A stretch of 55,073 nt of DNA from an uncultured virus (IMG/VR IMGVR_UViG_3300045911_000603) (IMGVR_UViG_3300045911_000603), one strand, 5' to 3'. Positions 38,152 through 47,583 are shown, counted from the stretch's first letter. Translations and numbers: made by a program. Notes: generated by a model from the sequence alone, not told the origin.

Positions 38152-38181
38152 TTGACAGCAACGATCAGCCATCTATATAAA
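38152..38181 (+). promoter_or_regulatory. Sigma70-like promoter
   Basis: TTGACA followed 16-18 bp later by TATATAAAT. Confidence 0.5.
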
Positions 38182-38188
38182 TAATTTT

Positions 38189-40501
38189 ATGGCTGGAAAC
38201 CAAAAGCTGGATGACTTTGGGGAAAAAATCGGCGGGGCACGGAAGGACGTATTCCGCAGGAAATTCAGCGTGGAGGCGTTTGACCAACTCAACGCCATCG
38301 AACGCGAGAGCCTTATCACCCGGAACTCGATCTGGCCGACCCCGGACTGGAAAACACTCCATGAGGAGCAGCGCGCTCCGGTGCGATTGCTTTTTTGGGT
38401 GAAAAGTCTGCGGGATTCCATCGCTGCATCTCCCAATCGAAGTGCTGGGCACGAGGACAGCGATGATGCGCAAACGACGGCGGCGCAGAAAGTCTATGCG
38501 AAGCTCGTCTGCGAGGTCAGGGACCGTTGCATGGAGGCCATCGCCGGAGGCGAGGAATTGGAGCAACTGGCAGTCTCGGTGCAAAGCATCTATCGGAGCA
38601 TTTGCGAGGAAGCAGGCGAACCGAAGTTTGGGAGGATCATCGATCATGATTACAGAGCGTTCCGCCGCCTCAAAGGGATCGCCAGAGCAAATACGTTCGC
38701 GGGACTGTTGGAGAAAACCATCCCATTATCCAAGGATGATCCCGACTTTGAAAGCAAGAATCGTCGGCGGGAGTTTTTTGTGGAATCCATGGAGAGGGAA
38801 ATCGCCCGAACCGGATTCCCGAACACAGCAGACAGGGCAATCGAAAAACGCAGTCGCAACCTGGGTTTCTACATCCGCAGCGTGGAGGACTCGGATAAAT
38901 TTTATGTGTGGACGGAATACGCGACGATTGCGCCGGAGGAGGCGAAGAAAGAGTTTGCCGCCCGTCAGTTTGACACACACGAGGAGGCCCAGGCAGCCAT
39001 TTTGGAGTTCATTCGGGAAGCCCTAGCCCAACAGAAGAAAAGTGCCGATGCGGATGTGTGGCGGGTGCGTCCCCAACTCAAAAACGTGAGGAGGGAAGGA
39101 CTGCCCGACCATCGCAAGGGGGCCAATGCCACGCCGGAACTGTTCATGGAAACCTTCGGTTTTCGCGGAGGGGAGTTCGGCAACTGGCTCAATCAAGAGG
39201 ATCGGCAGCAGTCCTTCAACCATGCCTTTGATGCGCTGATGGACTTGGCGCAGGCTGTGGGGATTCCTCCGCGATCACTTTCCCTGGGAGGCACCCTGGC
39301 CATTGCGTTTGGGGCCAGAGGTCATGGTGGGCGGGCCGTCGCACATTACGAACCGGCGCGGCAGGTGATGAATCTCACCAAGATGAATGGGGCGGGTTCT
39401 TTGGCGCACGAGTGGGCGCATGCCCTGGACAACTTTTTGGCCGACAAGATATCGTATCAAGGGAAACATTCTAATGCTTTTCTGACGGACTTAATTAACG
39501 AAAAAAGATTTCATAGCCGTTATTTCTTTGACCTGCCGAACGATGAGGAAGAAAGACTTCGCTCGATTTGTAATGGGATGGATGCGTTTTTCACCAACCT
39601 GAAGAGTGCTCCTGCCAAGGTGGAGGATATTCAGGCAAAGGCACACCAAGGAGTGGAACGCATGGTCAGACAACTCCATCAATGGGCGGGAGATAGTCAG
39701 AACCTCTTCAGTCCAGAGTTGAATCCACTGCATCACAAGATTCCCGAATCTGTGGTCCATCGCTGGAATGAACTGGTCACGAAGATGGTGGACCCTCAAT
39801 CGGATTTCGACCACCGCAATCACTTACGCGAAATGGACGGAATTCTCAAAAATGTCGCCAAGGCGATCCTGCCAGAACTCAAGCAAATTGCAGAGAAGGA
39901 CGAAGGTCTGAAAATGCGTGTTTTCTTTTGCGAGAGAATGGCTCGGAGCGGGCTTGGATCATCCAAACGCGATGGAATCCAAAACAACCGAATGTTTCTT
40001 TGCAGGTATCACCATGAGTATGTCTCCGCAGAAGCCATTGCGCAAACCTCAAGGGTCAAGAGCGAATTCCTGAAGGATGCAATCGAGAAGGACAAGTCCC
40101 GCGCAACGGCTTATTACTCAAAGCCAGTGGAACTTTTTGCTCGCGCCTTCGAGTTCTGTGTGCAGCAACGCATCGAAGCGGTCAACGGTCGCCGCAGTCA
40201 GTATCTTGTGCATGGAGCAGACCGTCCACCAGTCTATCCAGGAGGGGAGGATGCAAAACGGATCATCGAAAGTTTCGGCAAGCACCTGCTGCCTGCGGTT
40301 TCGCTCATGCTCGGTGAGGGCGAAACATTGTCCGAGAATGCCATCGAGACGACGCAACGCACAGTCGATGCGATCAAGCAGGAAATCCGCGAGCGCATGA
40401 AGGAAATTCCTCCCTCCCAATGGGCCAAGGATGAGCGCATCCGAGAACTTTCCAAGGAGGTCAAGATGATGGCCGAACCAACCCAGGGAATTACTGCATG
40501 A
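38189..40501 (+). CDS. Large polyvalent protein (LPD5/LPD1-type domains, zincin-like HExxH)
   Basis: DFGEKIGGARKD, FGFRGGEFGNW, LAIAFGARG, GSLAHEWAHALD and YYS.P.ELFARAFE. Confidence 0.85.
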   Translation: MAGNQKLDDFGEKIGGARKDVFRRKFSVEAFDQLNAIERESLITRNSIWPTPDWKTLHEEQRAPVRLLFWVKSLRDSIAASPNRSAGHEDSDDAQTTAAQKVYAKLVCEVRDRCMEAIAGGEELEQLAVSVQSIYRSICEEAGEPKFGRIIDHDYRAFRRLKGIARANTFAGLLEKTIPLSKDDPDFESKNRRREFFVESMEREIARTGFPNTADRAIEKRSRNLGFYIRSVEDSDKFYVWTEYATIAPEEAKKEFAARQFDTHEEAQAAILEFIREALAQQKKSADADVWRVRPQLKNVRREGLPDHRKGANATPELFMETFGFRGGEFGNWLNQEDRQQSFNHAFDALMDLAQAVGIPPRSLSLGGTLAIAFGARGHGGRAVAHYEPARQVMNLTKMNGAGSLAHEWAHALDNFLADKISYQGKHSNAFLTDLINEKRFHSRYFFDLPNDEEERLRSICNGMDAFFTNLKSAPAKVEDIQAKAHQGVERMVRQLHQWAGDSQNLFSPELNPLHHKIPESVVHRWNELVTKMVDPQSDFDHRNHLREMDGILKNVAKAILPELKQIAEKDEGLKMRVFFCERMARSGLGSSKRDGIQNNRMFLCRYHHEYVSAEAIAQTSRVKSEFLKDAIEKDKSRATAYYSKPVELFARAFEFCVQQRIEAVNGRRSQYLVHGADRPPVYPGGEDAKRIIESFGKHLLPAVSLMLGEGETLSENAIETTQRTVDAIKQEIRERMKEIPPSQWAKDERIRELSKEVKMMAEPTQGITA

Positions 40502-41889
40502 ACATACCACCAGACTTCGAGGCCGCATCGGATTTTGAGGTGAGCAACGAATCAGACGGCGAGCGCAGGCCGACATTTCGCCTCACACACCGCGCCACCG
40601 GACGCAGGTTTGAGGCGCAATTCCACGAAAGGCGAAGCGAGGATTTAGCCATGGCCGACAATGGAGCGCATGAGGGAAAATGGTTTGCGGCTGAGTTTCG
40701 CCCCAACGGGAGGCTTGCCACTCCCCATGGGCAGTTTTATTGCGATGTCAAGGAATCCGTTTGGGAGCAAGTCAGAAATACCCCGAGCAAGGCATTGAAA
40801 ATAATGCAGGCCGCGGAAGAGGAGGCACCAGGATTTAGTGCCGTGGTAGTGGGTCGGGGATACGGGGTCAATTCTATCTATTACCCTACTCCGAAATCGG
40901 TCCTGCAAGCGGTCAGGAACGCGGTAGATGCAGATATGTGGCTTGTGTCCATTGAGCCAACGAAAACGGCGACATTGCCCTATCCTCGAACGGAAATTAA
41001 ACTGGACGCCCGCAATCTTCTTGGAGGGTCTATTCCACCCAAGCTCGCGCAAGCCTTGGAGAAAATCACCGCAGCCATGTCACCCACGGAGAGATGTTCC
41101 ATCAGCGAGGGGATTCCTTTTGGTGAAGGGTTACGCATCGAAGTGAATGATGCAGATCGCCAATACCCTCATAGTAAGAGGCTATTGTTGTTTTGCGATC
41201 TGGAAGGAAACTTCAAAGCCAATGCGGGCTTTGTGCGGACTGGCTTTGCCAGGATTGGCGATGCGCTGGCAGGAACGGTGTTGCCGAGATATGATGATCC
41301 AAGTTCCTACGTCCAAAATACCATTCCAGCTTGTGGGCAGGCCATCGGTCAACCACCGGCACCTCCGGCGAATTGTTGGAATGTGCATTGCGCCCTCTGG
41401 AACAATGAGAAGCAACACGACAAAATCTACCTGGTCTTGCGCAAGGGATCGGTGTGGGCGGCGTGTTGGGGAAGGCGGGATGCGGTGAAGTTGCAGACCA
41501 AGACGTATGACCAATACAAAGCCTTGCAGAAAATTGAGGAGAAACGGAACGACGGATATTTTGAGATCAATCCCATGCTGATTCCGGATATTGCCCAAAC
41601 TCTCCAAGCGAACGGTTTTGCCACGGACCTGGCCCCGGAGCCTCCGCGAATCTCGGAATTACCACCCCCGACATCCCGGAAAGACGGTTCTCTCATCGAA
41701 GATGGACCTCCGAGGATCGAGGAATTGCGCGAGGTCGTGCAAGAAGCCATGCGGAAGATACCCAAGGAGCAGTGGACTTCTTCGCCGCAACTGTTGAGCC
41801 TCACAAAGGATCTTCAGCATGTGATCGCGCAGCGGTCGGCCACTCATCAGCAATCCGTCAGCGAAGAAACGGCTCCGATGAGCCTATAG
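40498..41889 (+). CDS. Multidomain protein with a WGR-like domain
   Basis: HDKIY......WAACWGRR....Q...K..EK...GY. Confidence 0.65.
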   Translation: MNIPPDFEAASDFEVSNESDGERRPTFRLTHRATGRRFEAQFHERRSEDLAMADNGAHEGKWFAAEFRPNGRLATPHGQFYCDVKESVWEQVRNTPSKALKIMQAAEEEAPGFSAVVVGRGYGVNSIYYPTPKSVLQAVRNAVDADMWLVSIEPTKTATLPYPRTEIKLDARNLLGGSIPPKLAQALEKITAAMSPTERCSISEGIPFGEGLRIEVNDADRQYPHSKRLLLFCDLEGNFKANAGFVRTGFARIGDALAGTVLPRYDDPSSYVQNTIPACGQAIGQPPAPPANCWNVHCALWNNEKQHDKIYLVLRKGSVWAACWGRRDAVKLQTKTYDQYKALQKIEEKRNDGYFEINPMLIPDIAQTLQANGFATDLAPEPPRISELPPPTSRKDGSLIEDGPPRIEELREVVQEAMRKIPKEQWTSSPQLLSLTKDLQHVIAQRSATHQQSVSEETAPMSL

Positions 41890-41893
41890 CTCC

Positions 41894-42745
41894 TCAATCT
41901 GAGTGCTGTTCGAGGGCGGAGGCGAAGGACTCGCATTGCGAGCGCAGGCCATCGAACCATTCAATACTGAACATATCCCTGCGTTGCCAAAGCCCCAACT
42001 CCTCCAAACGCTTGCGCTGCCGGTTGGCGTCACCCACCAGGCGACGAATCTCTGCGGCCATTGCGGCCTTGTTCACAGGATTTCCAAGGAAGGCGTCCTG
42101 CACGAAAAGGGTTTGCAGAGTGCGGGCGGCGGCGAGGGTCTGCTCAGGCCAATAACCTGATTTGGTGTCGTAATGAGCCAGGCTGAAGAGAGCGATTTCT
42201 CGGGCCAATGCAGCGGGGGCCACAGAACCATACCGTTCCTTCCACTCCACGAACTCAGGCACTCTGGCAACCATGTTTTTGGGCCAACGGATGTTCTCCC
42301 AATCTGTCAGGATTTCCATGGCAGCGAAGTTGGCCGGATCCAGAAGGTAGGCGGCGAACACCGCACGGTTGCGATTGGAACGGGCAGCCACAATGGAGTC
42401 GAGGGTGGAGGAGGGAAGGGGGGCATCTTCTTCTGGAATCAATCCGGCGTGCATCCAGGCCAACCCTCGTGCCGTGAAAAGAAGGTAATCGTCGGGCGCG
42501 AACTCATTTTCCAAGCCTGCGTGATGCAGCACATCGGCCTCATCAATCATCATGGCGGAAATGCTTTTCCCGAGGGGACTTCCGTAAATGGCGAAAGGAT
42601 TGACAGGAATGTGGGGCACCGGATTGGAAGCTATGCCGGGCAGGCTGATAACGGCATCCCTGCTGCCAGCGACCATCCGTGTTGCGAGCACGAGCACGAG
42701 CAGGAGGAGTCCCCCGACGGCGCATAAATGGATTGCCTTTTTCAC
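41894..42745 (-). CDS. Membrane-anchored hypothetical protein of the ABC operon
   Basis: GTG start coupled (GTGA) to the permease stop; N-terminal TM. Confidence 0.65.
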   Translation of the reverse strand: MKKAIHLCAVGGLLLLVLVLATRMVAGSRDAVISLPGIASNPVPHIPVNPFAIYGSPLGKSISAMMIDEADVLHHAGLENEFAPDDYLLFTARGLAWMHAGLIPEEDAPLPSSTLDSIVAARSNRNRAVFAAYLLDPANFAAMEILTDWENIRWPKNMVARVPEFVEWKERYGSVAPAALAREIALFSLAHYDTKSGYWPEQTLAAARTLQTLFVQDAFLGNPVNKAAMAAEIRRLVGDANRQRKRLEELGLWQRRDMFSIEWFDGLRSQCESFASALEQHSD

Positions 42746-43503
42746 ACGCTCCTGAGTCGGAAGAGAATGCTTCCAGCGGCATAGCTGATGATCGTGAGAA
42801 CAAGCAGGTAGGCGCAGGCGGCCAACCATGGGAGAAGGTCGATACCCGGCCACCCGAAGGTCACGCGCAAAGACTGGTCGCCAAAGCGCAGATCGGGGAT
42901 GAAGGTCATGGCAATCTCCACCACGTATTGCAGGCGAGGATTTGCGGTTTCGTGCAGATACTCCAACCCGGCAGGAGCGTAAAGGCCGACAAGATTGATC
43001 AACATGGCGGCCATGAACGCAATGGAAGGCGCAATCACCTGGGACAATCCAACCGCAAAAGGAATGACGGCGAATGCGGCAAGCAGGGTCAGCGCGACCG
43101 ATTGAAACTTGGGCATAAGAGATTGGTTGGGAATCCCAAGAAATATCAGAGCGGCAAGAAGAAGAACTCCCACAAAGAGAGCGGGAACCAACGCCCCAAG
43201 AACGGTGCTGCCGAAATAGGATGCGTCGGACACCCCTTGGGCGCGGTAGAATAGCCGCAACCCATTACGGAACTGCTTGGACCCAAACTCGGTTGCAAAC
43301 GCAGGCAGGTAAATGAACAGCAGCAGGAAGCCGAAGCCAAACAGCCATTGCGCCCTGGCGGGTGCGGTCATGTTGGGGTCGAGATCCGCAGAGCTTAGGA
43401 GAGGTCCAGCCAGAGCGGCGAAGAAGAATCCGAAAAGAAAAAGAATCCAAATCTTGGATTTGATCCATTCGGCCAGAATCAGACGGGTGATTGGCGGGTG
43501 CAT
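42742..43503 (-). CDS. ABC-2-type permease
   Basis: About 6 TM segments; follows an ABC ATPase. Confidence 0.75.
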   Translation of the reverse strand: MHPPITRLILAEWIKSKIWILFLFGFFFAALAGPLLSSADLDPNMTAPARAQWLFGFGFLLLFIYLPAFATEFGSKQFRNGLRLFYRAQGVSDASYFGSTVLGALVPALFVGVLLLAALIFLGIPNQSLMPKFQSVALTLLAAFAVIPFAVGLSQVIAPSIAFMAAMLINLVGLYAPAGLEYLHETANPRLQYVVEIAMTFIPDLRFGDQSLRVTFGWPGIDLLPWLAACAYLLVLTIISYAAGSILFRLRSV

Positions 43504-43512
43504 ATTGTTGGG

Positions 43513-44163
43513 TTAATCGGTTCCTTCCAAGCGAGCTTCGATGGCCGCCCATGACTGCGTGGGAGGCATCGAAAAGAGAGATCCCCGACGAACCAGAAGC
43601 ACCTGATCCGGCTCGATCTGAATGTCATCGGGATGGAGGGAAACGATCAGGCGGGATCGTTGGCCTGCTTTGGCGAGAATGCCCCAAAGAACCTTGCGCA
43701 CAGCGTAATCCAGACCACTCATCGCCTCGTCCATGCAAATCAGTTGGGTTTGCTGCGCCATGCCAATGGCGAGAGTTAGTAGAACGCGAACCTTCTGCCG
43801 ATTGCCCTTGCTCAACCGACCAAACGCCCGCTCGGGCAAATCCAGAGCGGCTTGACTTTCGGCAAACCAAGCCCGCGCAGATTTCTCGATCACCATTGCT
43901 CGCACCAGATCGGCGGGGGCAAGTTCTTCCGGCAGACGCAATTCCTCGGGCAAGTAAGCGTGGCTGTAAGTGGTGGGGGGCTTTTCTGGCTGGCAACCAC
44001 ACAAATAGCGCAGGAATGTCGTCTTGCCTTCTCCGTTTCTGCCAGCCAGCAGGGTTACTCCAGGTTGGGAGCAGATGGTTGTTTCCTCCGCGAACCTCAC
44101 AACGGGCTTGGATCCAGGATACGTGATCGTTGTCGTTTCTGGAATAGTCACCAATGGTTTCAC
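43513..44163 (-). CDS. ABC transporter ATP-binding protein
   Basis: GRNGEGKTT, LSKGNRQK, MDEAMSGLD and H-loop. Confidence 0.9.
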   Translation of the reverse strand: MKPLVTIPETTTITYPGSKPVVRFAEETTICSQPGVTLLAGRNGEGKTTFLRYLCGCQPEKPPTTYSHAYLPEELRLPEELAPADLVRAMVIEKSARAWFAESQAALDLPERAFGRLSKGNRQKVRVLLTLAIGMAQQTQLICMDEAMSGLDYAVRKVLWGILAKAGQRSRLIVSLHPDDIQIEPDQVLLVRRGSLFSMPPTQSWAAIEARLEGTD

Positions 44164-44186
44164 AACTGCGTAGAAAACTGCAAAAC

Positions 44187-44202
44187 ACTCAACTTGTCGA
44201 GT
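44187..44202 (-). promoter_or_regulatory. Operator motif in the divergent ABC/AAA promoter region
   Basis: Minus strand reads ACTCGACAAGTTGAGT, 1 mismatch to the ssb copy. Confidence 0.65.
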
Positions 44203-44251
44203 GGAAGGTTAAACTTGCGCCGATGCGGCGTCTAATGCGTAGAATCCTCAC

Positions 44252-46372
44252 ATGGGATTTCACACCCGCACAATCCAAGCCCTGGAGAAGCAGTCCAGCG
44301 AAGTGAAGGCACGGGCCAACAAGCTGGCGGCGGATCTCGTGCAAGCCTCGGCGGGGGCATTTCCTCTCGGAATTGCCGTGGAGTCCAACCATATCCAAAA
44401 CCGCTGGAAAGCTTTATTCCCGGATGAACCCTGCCGCCTGGACAAGATGGCAGTGACATTTCTCTGGCGGGTGGGAAAAATCCGCGAGGTCGATGGGTTT
44501 GCTTCCACCTACCAAATCAATCCCGATTTTGTGCAAGGAGACACCAGCCGGAGTCCATTGATTCAAAGGATGACCCCGTTTGATGGGGTGGCTCCTGAAC
44601 AATCGGACCCGGATAACAAATCGAAGATGTATCCGGCTCTTATGGTCACGCATCGGGCCACGAAATGCCCGGTGGCCTCGCTGCCGCTCTACCTGTGCAA
44701 ACTGCTCAGGAGCGAGCCGGAGTGGGTCATGGACACTGCCCTGCGACTCGGCAAGAAGGCGCAGTTTTATTACGAAAAAGGGGTGGAAATCGTGGACCTG
44801 GATACCGTGGCAGACAACGCCAGCGACAAGGCCAAGGAACTTCGGCGGGCCGTCAAGCTGCTGCCCAACGTGGTCTTGCCGGAGGAAACCACCTTGGCCA
44901 TCGGATCGGTCTTGGCTCGGTTTATCGAGGAGGATGCGTCGCGTGCTCCTCGGGGATTGCTTCTGCACGGACCTCCCGGAACCGGAAAAACCCTCATCGC
45001 CAAGGAGATGGCTGAATCCATCCCCGCTGCGAAGTTTTTTTCCCTCTCGCTGCCGGATCTCAAGCAGGGGTATCTCGGGCAAAGCGGGCAGGCTGTCCGG
45101 CAAATCTGGCAGCAAGTCAAAGAAGCGGGCACAGCCGTTCTCTTCGTTGACGAGTGCGAGGGCGTTTTCTCCCGGCGCGGAGGGGTTTCTTCGGATGTGC
45201 TCCAAGGCGAAATCGTCCAGGCATTTCTGGCAGAGTGGGATGGGCTTTCGGCCAAGGATAACACGCACAAATGCCTGGTGGTGGGAGCCACTAATCGGTT
45301 GGATCTGATCGACGAGGCCATTGTTTCGCGCTTTGAGCAGTCGGTGGAAGTCCCGCTTCCCGATGCCAAGGCCAGGGTCTATATCCTGCATAGCGAATTG
45401 GGCGGAACTCTGCCCTTTGCGGAATCCAAAATTGCCGAATGCACCAACGGTTTCTCGGGCCGCGATCTGCGCACCTTGGCCAAGCAAATACGAAGCAAGG
45501 CTTTGGAGGGGCATCTTTCCGAGCGGGAACTCTCGGCAGCTTGCCAAAAGATTCGTGGCCGCGTCGCGGAATCCTCCGAGCACAAGCTGACTTGGGATGA
45601 TCTGGTTCTCGAAGCCTCGGCCAAGGAAAACTTGCAGACCGTGTGCTCCATGCTCCAACATGCCGATGTGCTTGCCGAGCAGGGTATCTCTCTCCCCAGG
45701 GGACTGCTCTTATACGGACCTCCCGGCACCGGAAAAACCCTCATCGCCAAAGTGATGGCTGCCGAAAGCGGCATGACGTTTCTCAGTGCCAGCACCGCAG
45801 AAATCAAGGCTGGCTATATCGGACAAAGCGGGCAGAAGGTGAGAGAACTATTTGAACGTGCTCGCTCCCAATCTCCCTGCATCCTTTTCATCGACGAAAT
45901 CGACATTCTGACTCCATCGCGCAGTTCGGGAGATTCCTTCAACAAGGAAATCGTCGGTCAAATGTTGCAAGAACTCGACGGTGTGCGCAAACATCCCGGC
46001 CATGTGTTCATCCTGGCGGCAACCAACTGCATGGAGGAGGTGGATGCAGCAATTCTTTCTCGGTTCCCCACCCGGCAAAATGTGCCACTTCCGTCCACGG
46101 AAGAACGAAGTGCGATTATCCAAACGCTCCTCAAAGGCAAGCCTTCCAAACTGACCAAGGAAGAAATTGATCTCATTGCAGATAATACATCAGGAGCCTC
46201 CGGCAGGGATCTTCGATCTCTTTTGGAGGACGCGGAAAAAAAAGCAGTTCGCCGAGCGATCAAAAATGGCGATCCGCGTTCCGTGGTCATTACATTCGAG
46301 GACTGGTCTATTTTGCCGCCGCCGATCACAACCACGCATGGGACTCCGTGTTCCATCGCCTCATGCGTATAA
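44252..46372 (+). CDS. Double-domain AAA+ ATPase (CDC48/VCP-like architecture)
   Basis: Two GPPGTGKT Walker A, FVDE/FIDE Walker B, ATN and SRF motifs. Confidence 0.92.
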   Translation: MGFHTRTIQALEKQSSEVKARANKLAADLVQASAGAFPLGIAVESNHIQNRWKALFPDEPCRLDKMAVTFLWRVGKIREVDGFASTYQINPDFVQGDTSRSPLIQRMTPFDGVAPEQSDPDNKSKMYPALMVTHRATKCPVASLPLYLCKLLRSEPEWVMDTALRLGKKAQFYYEKGVEIVDLDTVADNASDKAKELRRAVKLLPNVVLPEETTLAIGSVLARFIEEDASRAPRGLLLHGPPGTGKTLIAKEMAESIPAAKFFSLSLPDLKQGYLGQSGQAVRQIWQQVKEAGTAVLFVDECEGVFSRRGGVSSDVLQGEIVQAFLAEWDGLSAKDNTHKCLVVGATNRLDLIDEAIVSRFEQSVEVPLPDAKARVYILHSELGGTLPFAESKIAECTNGFSGRDLRTLAKQIRSKALEGHLSERELSAACQKIRGRVAESSEHKLTWDDLVLEASAKENLQTVCSMLQHADVLAEQGISLPRGLLLYGPPGTGKTLIAKVMAAESGMTFLSASTAEIKAGYIGQSGQKVRELFERARSQSPCILFIDEIDILTPSRSSGDSFNKEIVGQMLQELDGVRKHPGHVFILAATNCMEEVDAAILSRFPTRQNVPLPSTEERSAIIQTLLKGKPSKLTKEEIDLIADNTSGASGRDLRSLLEDAEKKAVRRAIKNGDPRSVVITFEDWSILPPPITTTHGTPCSIASCV

Positions 46373-46423
46373 TGTGACGTGATCGAAGGGATGCCCCCCT
46401 GAGACACGCAAACCGACCGCAGT

Positions 46424-46795
46424 ATGAGCACACGATCTCCCTTTGCCGTTTTCGCCGTCGTCCCCCTTGGCGATGGCTACTACGCAGCCACCACCCGCGC
46501 TGCCGATCGTGGCGAAGCTGGCAAGATCGGCCTGCCGGGGGGCAAGGTCGATCCGGGCGAAAGTCCGGTCGCCGCCCTTCTTCGCGAATCCCGCGAAGAA
46601 GGATGGGAGATTTCGGGTGTCAACCCGACTCCCGTTCACGCTCAAGACGTGGACGGAAAACCCGTCCAATGGTTCTTCGCAGAATCGGCAACGATGCTTG
46701 CCGATTACAAAGAAAAGGGACGGATCACCCCCATCCGTGCCACGAAATCCGCCGTAGCCGCATCGGGCTATGGCAATGAAAATCTCTACCTATGA
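46424..46795 (+). CDS. NUDIX hydrolase
   Basis: LPGGKVDPGESPVAALLRESREEG Nudix box. Confidence 0.9.
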   Translation: MSTRSPFAVFAVVPLGDGYYAATTRAADRGEAGKIGLPGGKVDPGESPVAALLRESREEGWEISGVNPTPVHAQDVDGKPVQWFFAESATMLADYKEKGRITPIRATKSAVAASGYGNENLYL

Positions 46796-46983
46796 AAGAA
46801 GCTACATTCAAAAAAGGCGACTTGGTCAAAATTCGCCCCGAATGGCAGGACCATGGTGATGAAACCTTAGAGTGGTTCTGCCTTGAAGATGAGGATGACG
46901 GGCGTGTCTGCATTCAGCCCAAACTCGGACTGCCAATTGAACCCAACCAAGTCGTATCTGTTGACATGATCGAACACGCATGA
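46792..46983 (+). CDS. Small hypothetical protein (SH3-like barrel?)
   Basis: FKKGDLVKIRPEW; coupled to the NUDIX gene. Confidence 0.55.
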   Translation: MKEATFKKGDLVKIRPEWQDHGDETLEWFCLEDEDDGRVCIQPKLGLPIEPNQVVSVDMIEHA

Positions 46984-46989
46984 AAGGAG

Positions 46990-47246
46990 ATGAGATCAAC
47001 ACCATGAATCGGCCTCTGACAGACACCGAAATCAAAGGCGCGCTTGTGAATAGTGCGAACGCCGAGATTTGCCACGCCGCACCGACCAGTGGCGTGACCA
47101 CGAAGAAAACCGCCAACGGGTCGGCGTTGGCATACTTGAAAGGTTAGGAATCCTATGAACCTGCAATACTGCACGGCAAAAGAAGCCCTTTATGAAATCA
47201 ACACCATGAATCGGCCTCTGACAGAGGCCGAAATCAAAGGCGCGCT
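46990..47246 (+). repeat. 55-bp direct repeat pair (46990-47044 and 47192-47246)
   Basis: 3 mismatches between copies; the pair brackets the first attC-like site. Confidence 0.9.
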
Positions 47247-47364
47247 GATCAACGCGCTTGAAAAGATCGCTCGACTCGAAGAGGATCTCAAGGAAGTTGA
47301 ACTGGCAGCATACCAAGCTGCAAATACGGCTAGCTGTCTGGCGAACGGCATAATTCCAGACTAA
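47155..47364 (+). CDS. Small cassette-like hypothetical protein
   Basis: 69 aa; its stop falls inside an attC-like site. Confidence 0.55.
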   Translation: MNLQYCTAKEALYEINTMNRPLTEAEIKGALINALEKIARLEEDLKEVELAAYQAANTASCLANGIIPD

Positions 47365-47583
47365 TATGACCGCGAATAATGCCCCCACTTCACCCTCGAC
47401 TTCAACGCGGTCAGCGTTGGGTCAATCCGCTGGTTCGGATTTTTATGACGCTCAATCTCGCCGCCGCTTCTGCTTGCTCTGTCAAGGAGCAGGCGGGTGG
47501 CCAGTGGCCGTGCTGGTGCATGACCGCTGGACGCAGGAGTGGAAAAAGTGTCATGCCTGTAATCCGAAGGTCCGTGATGACCG

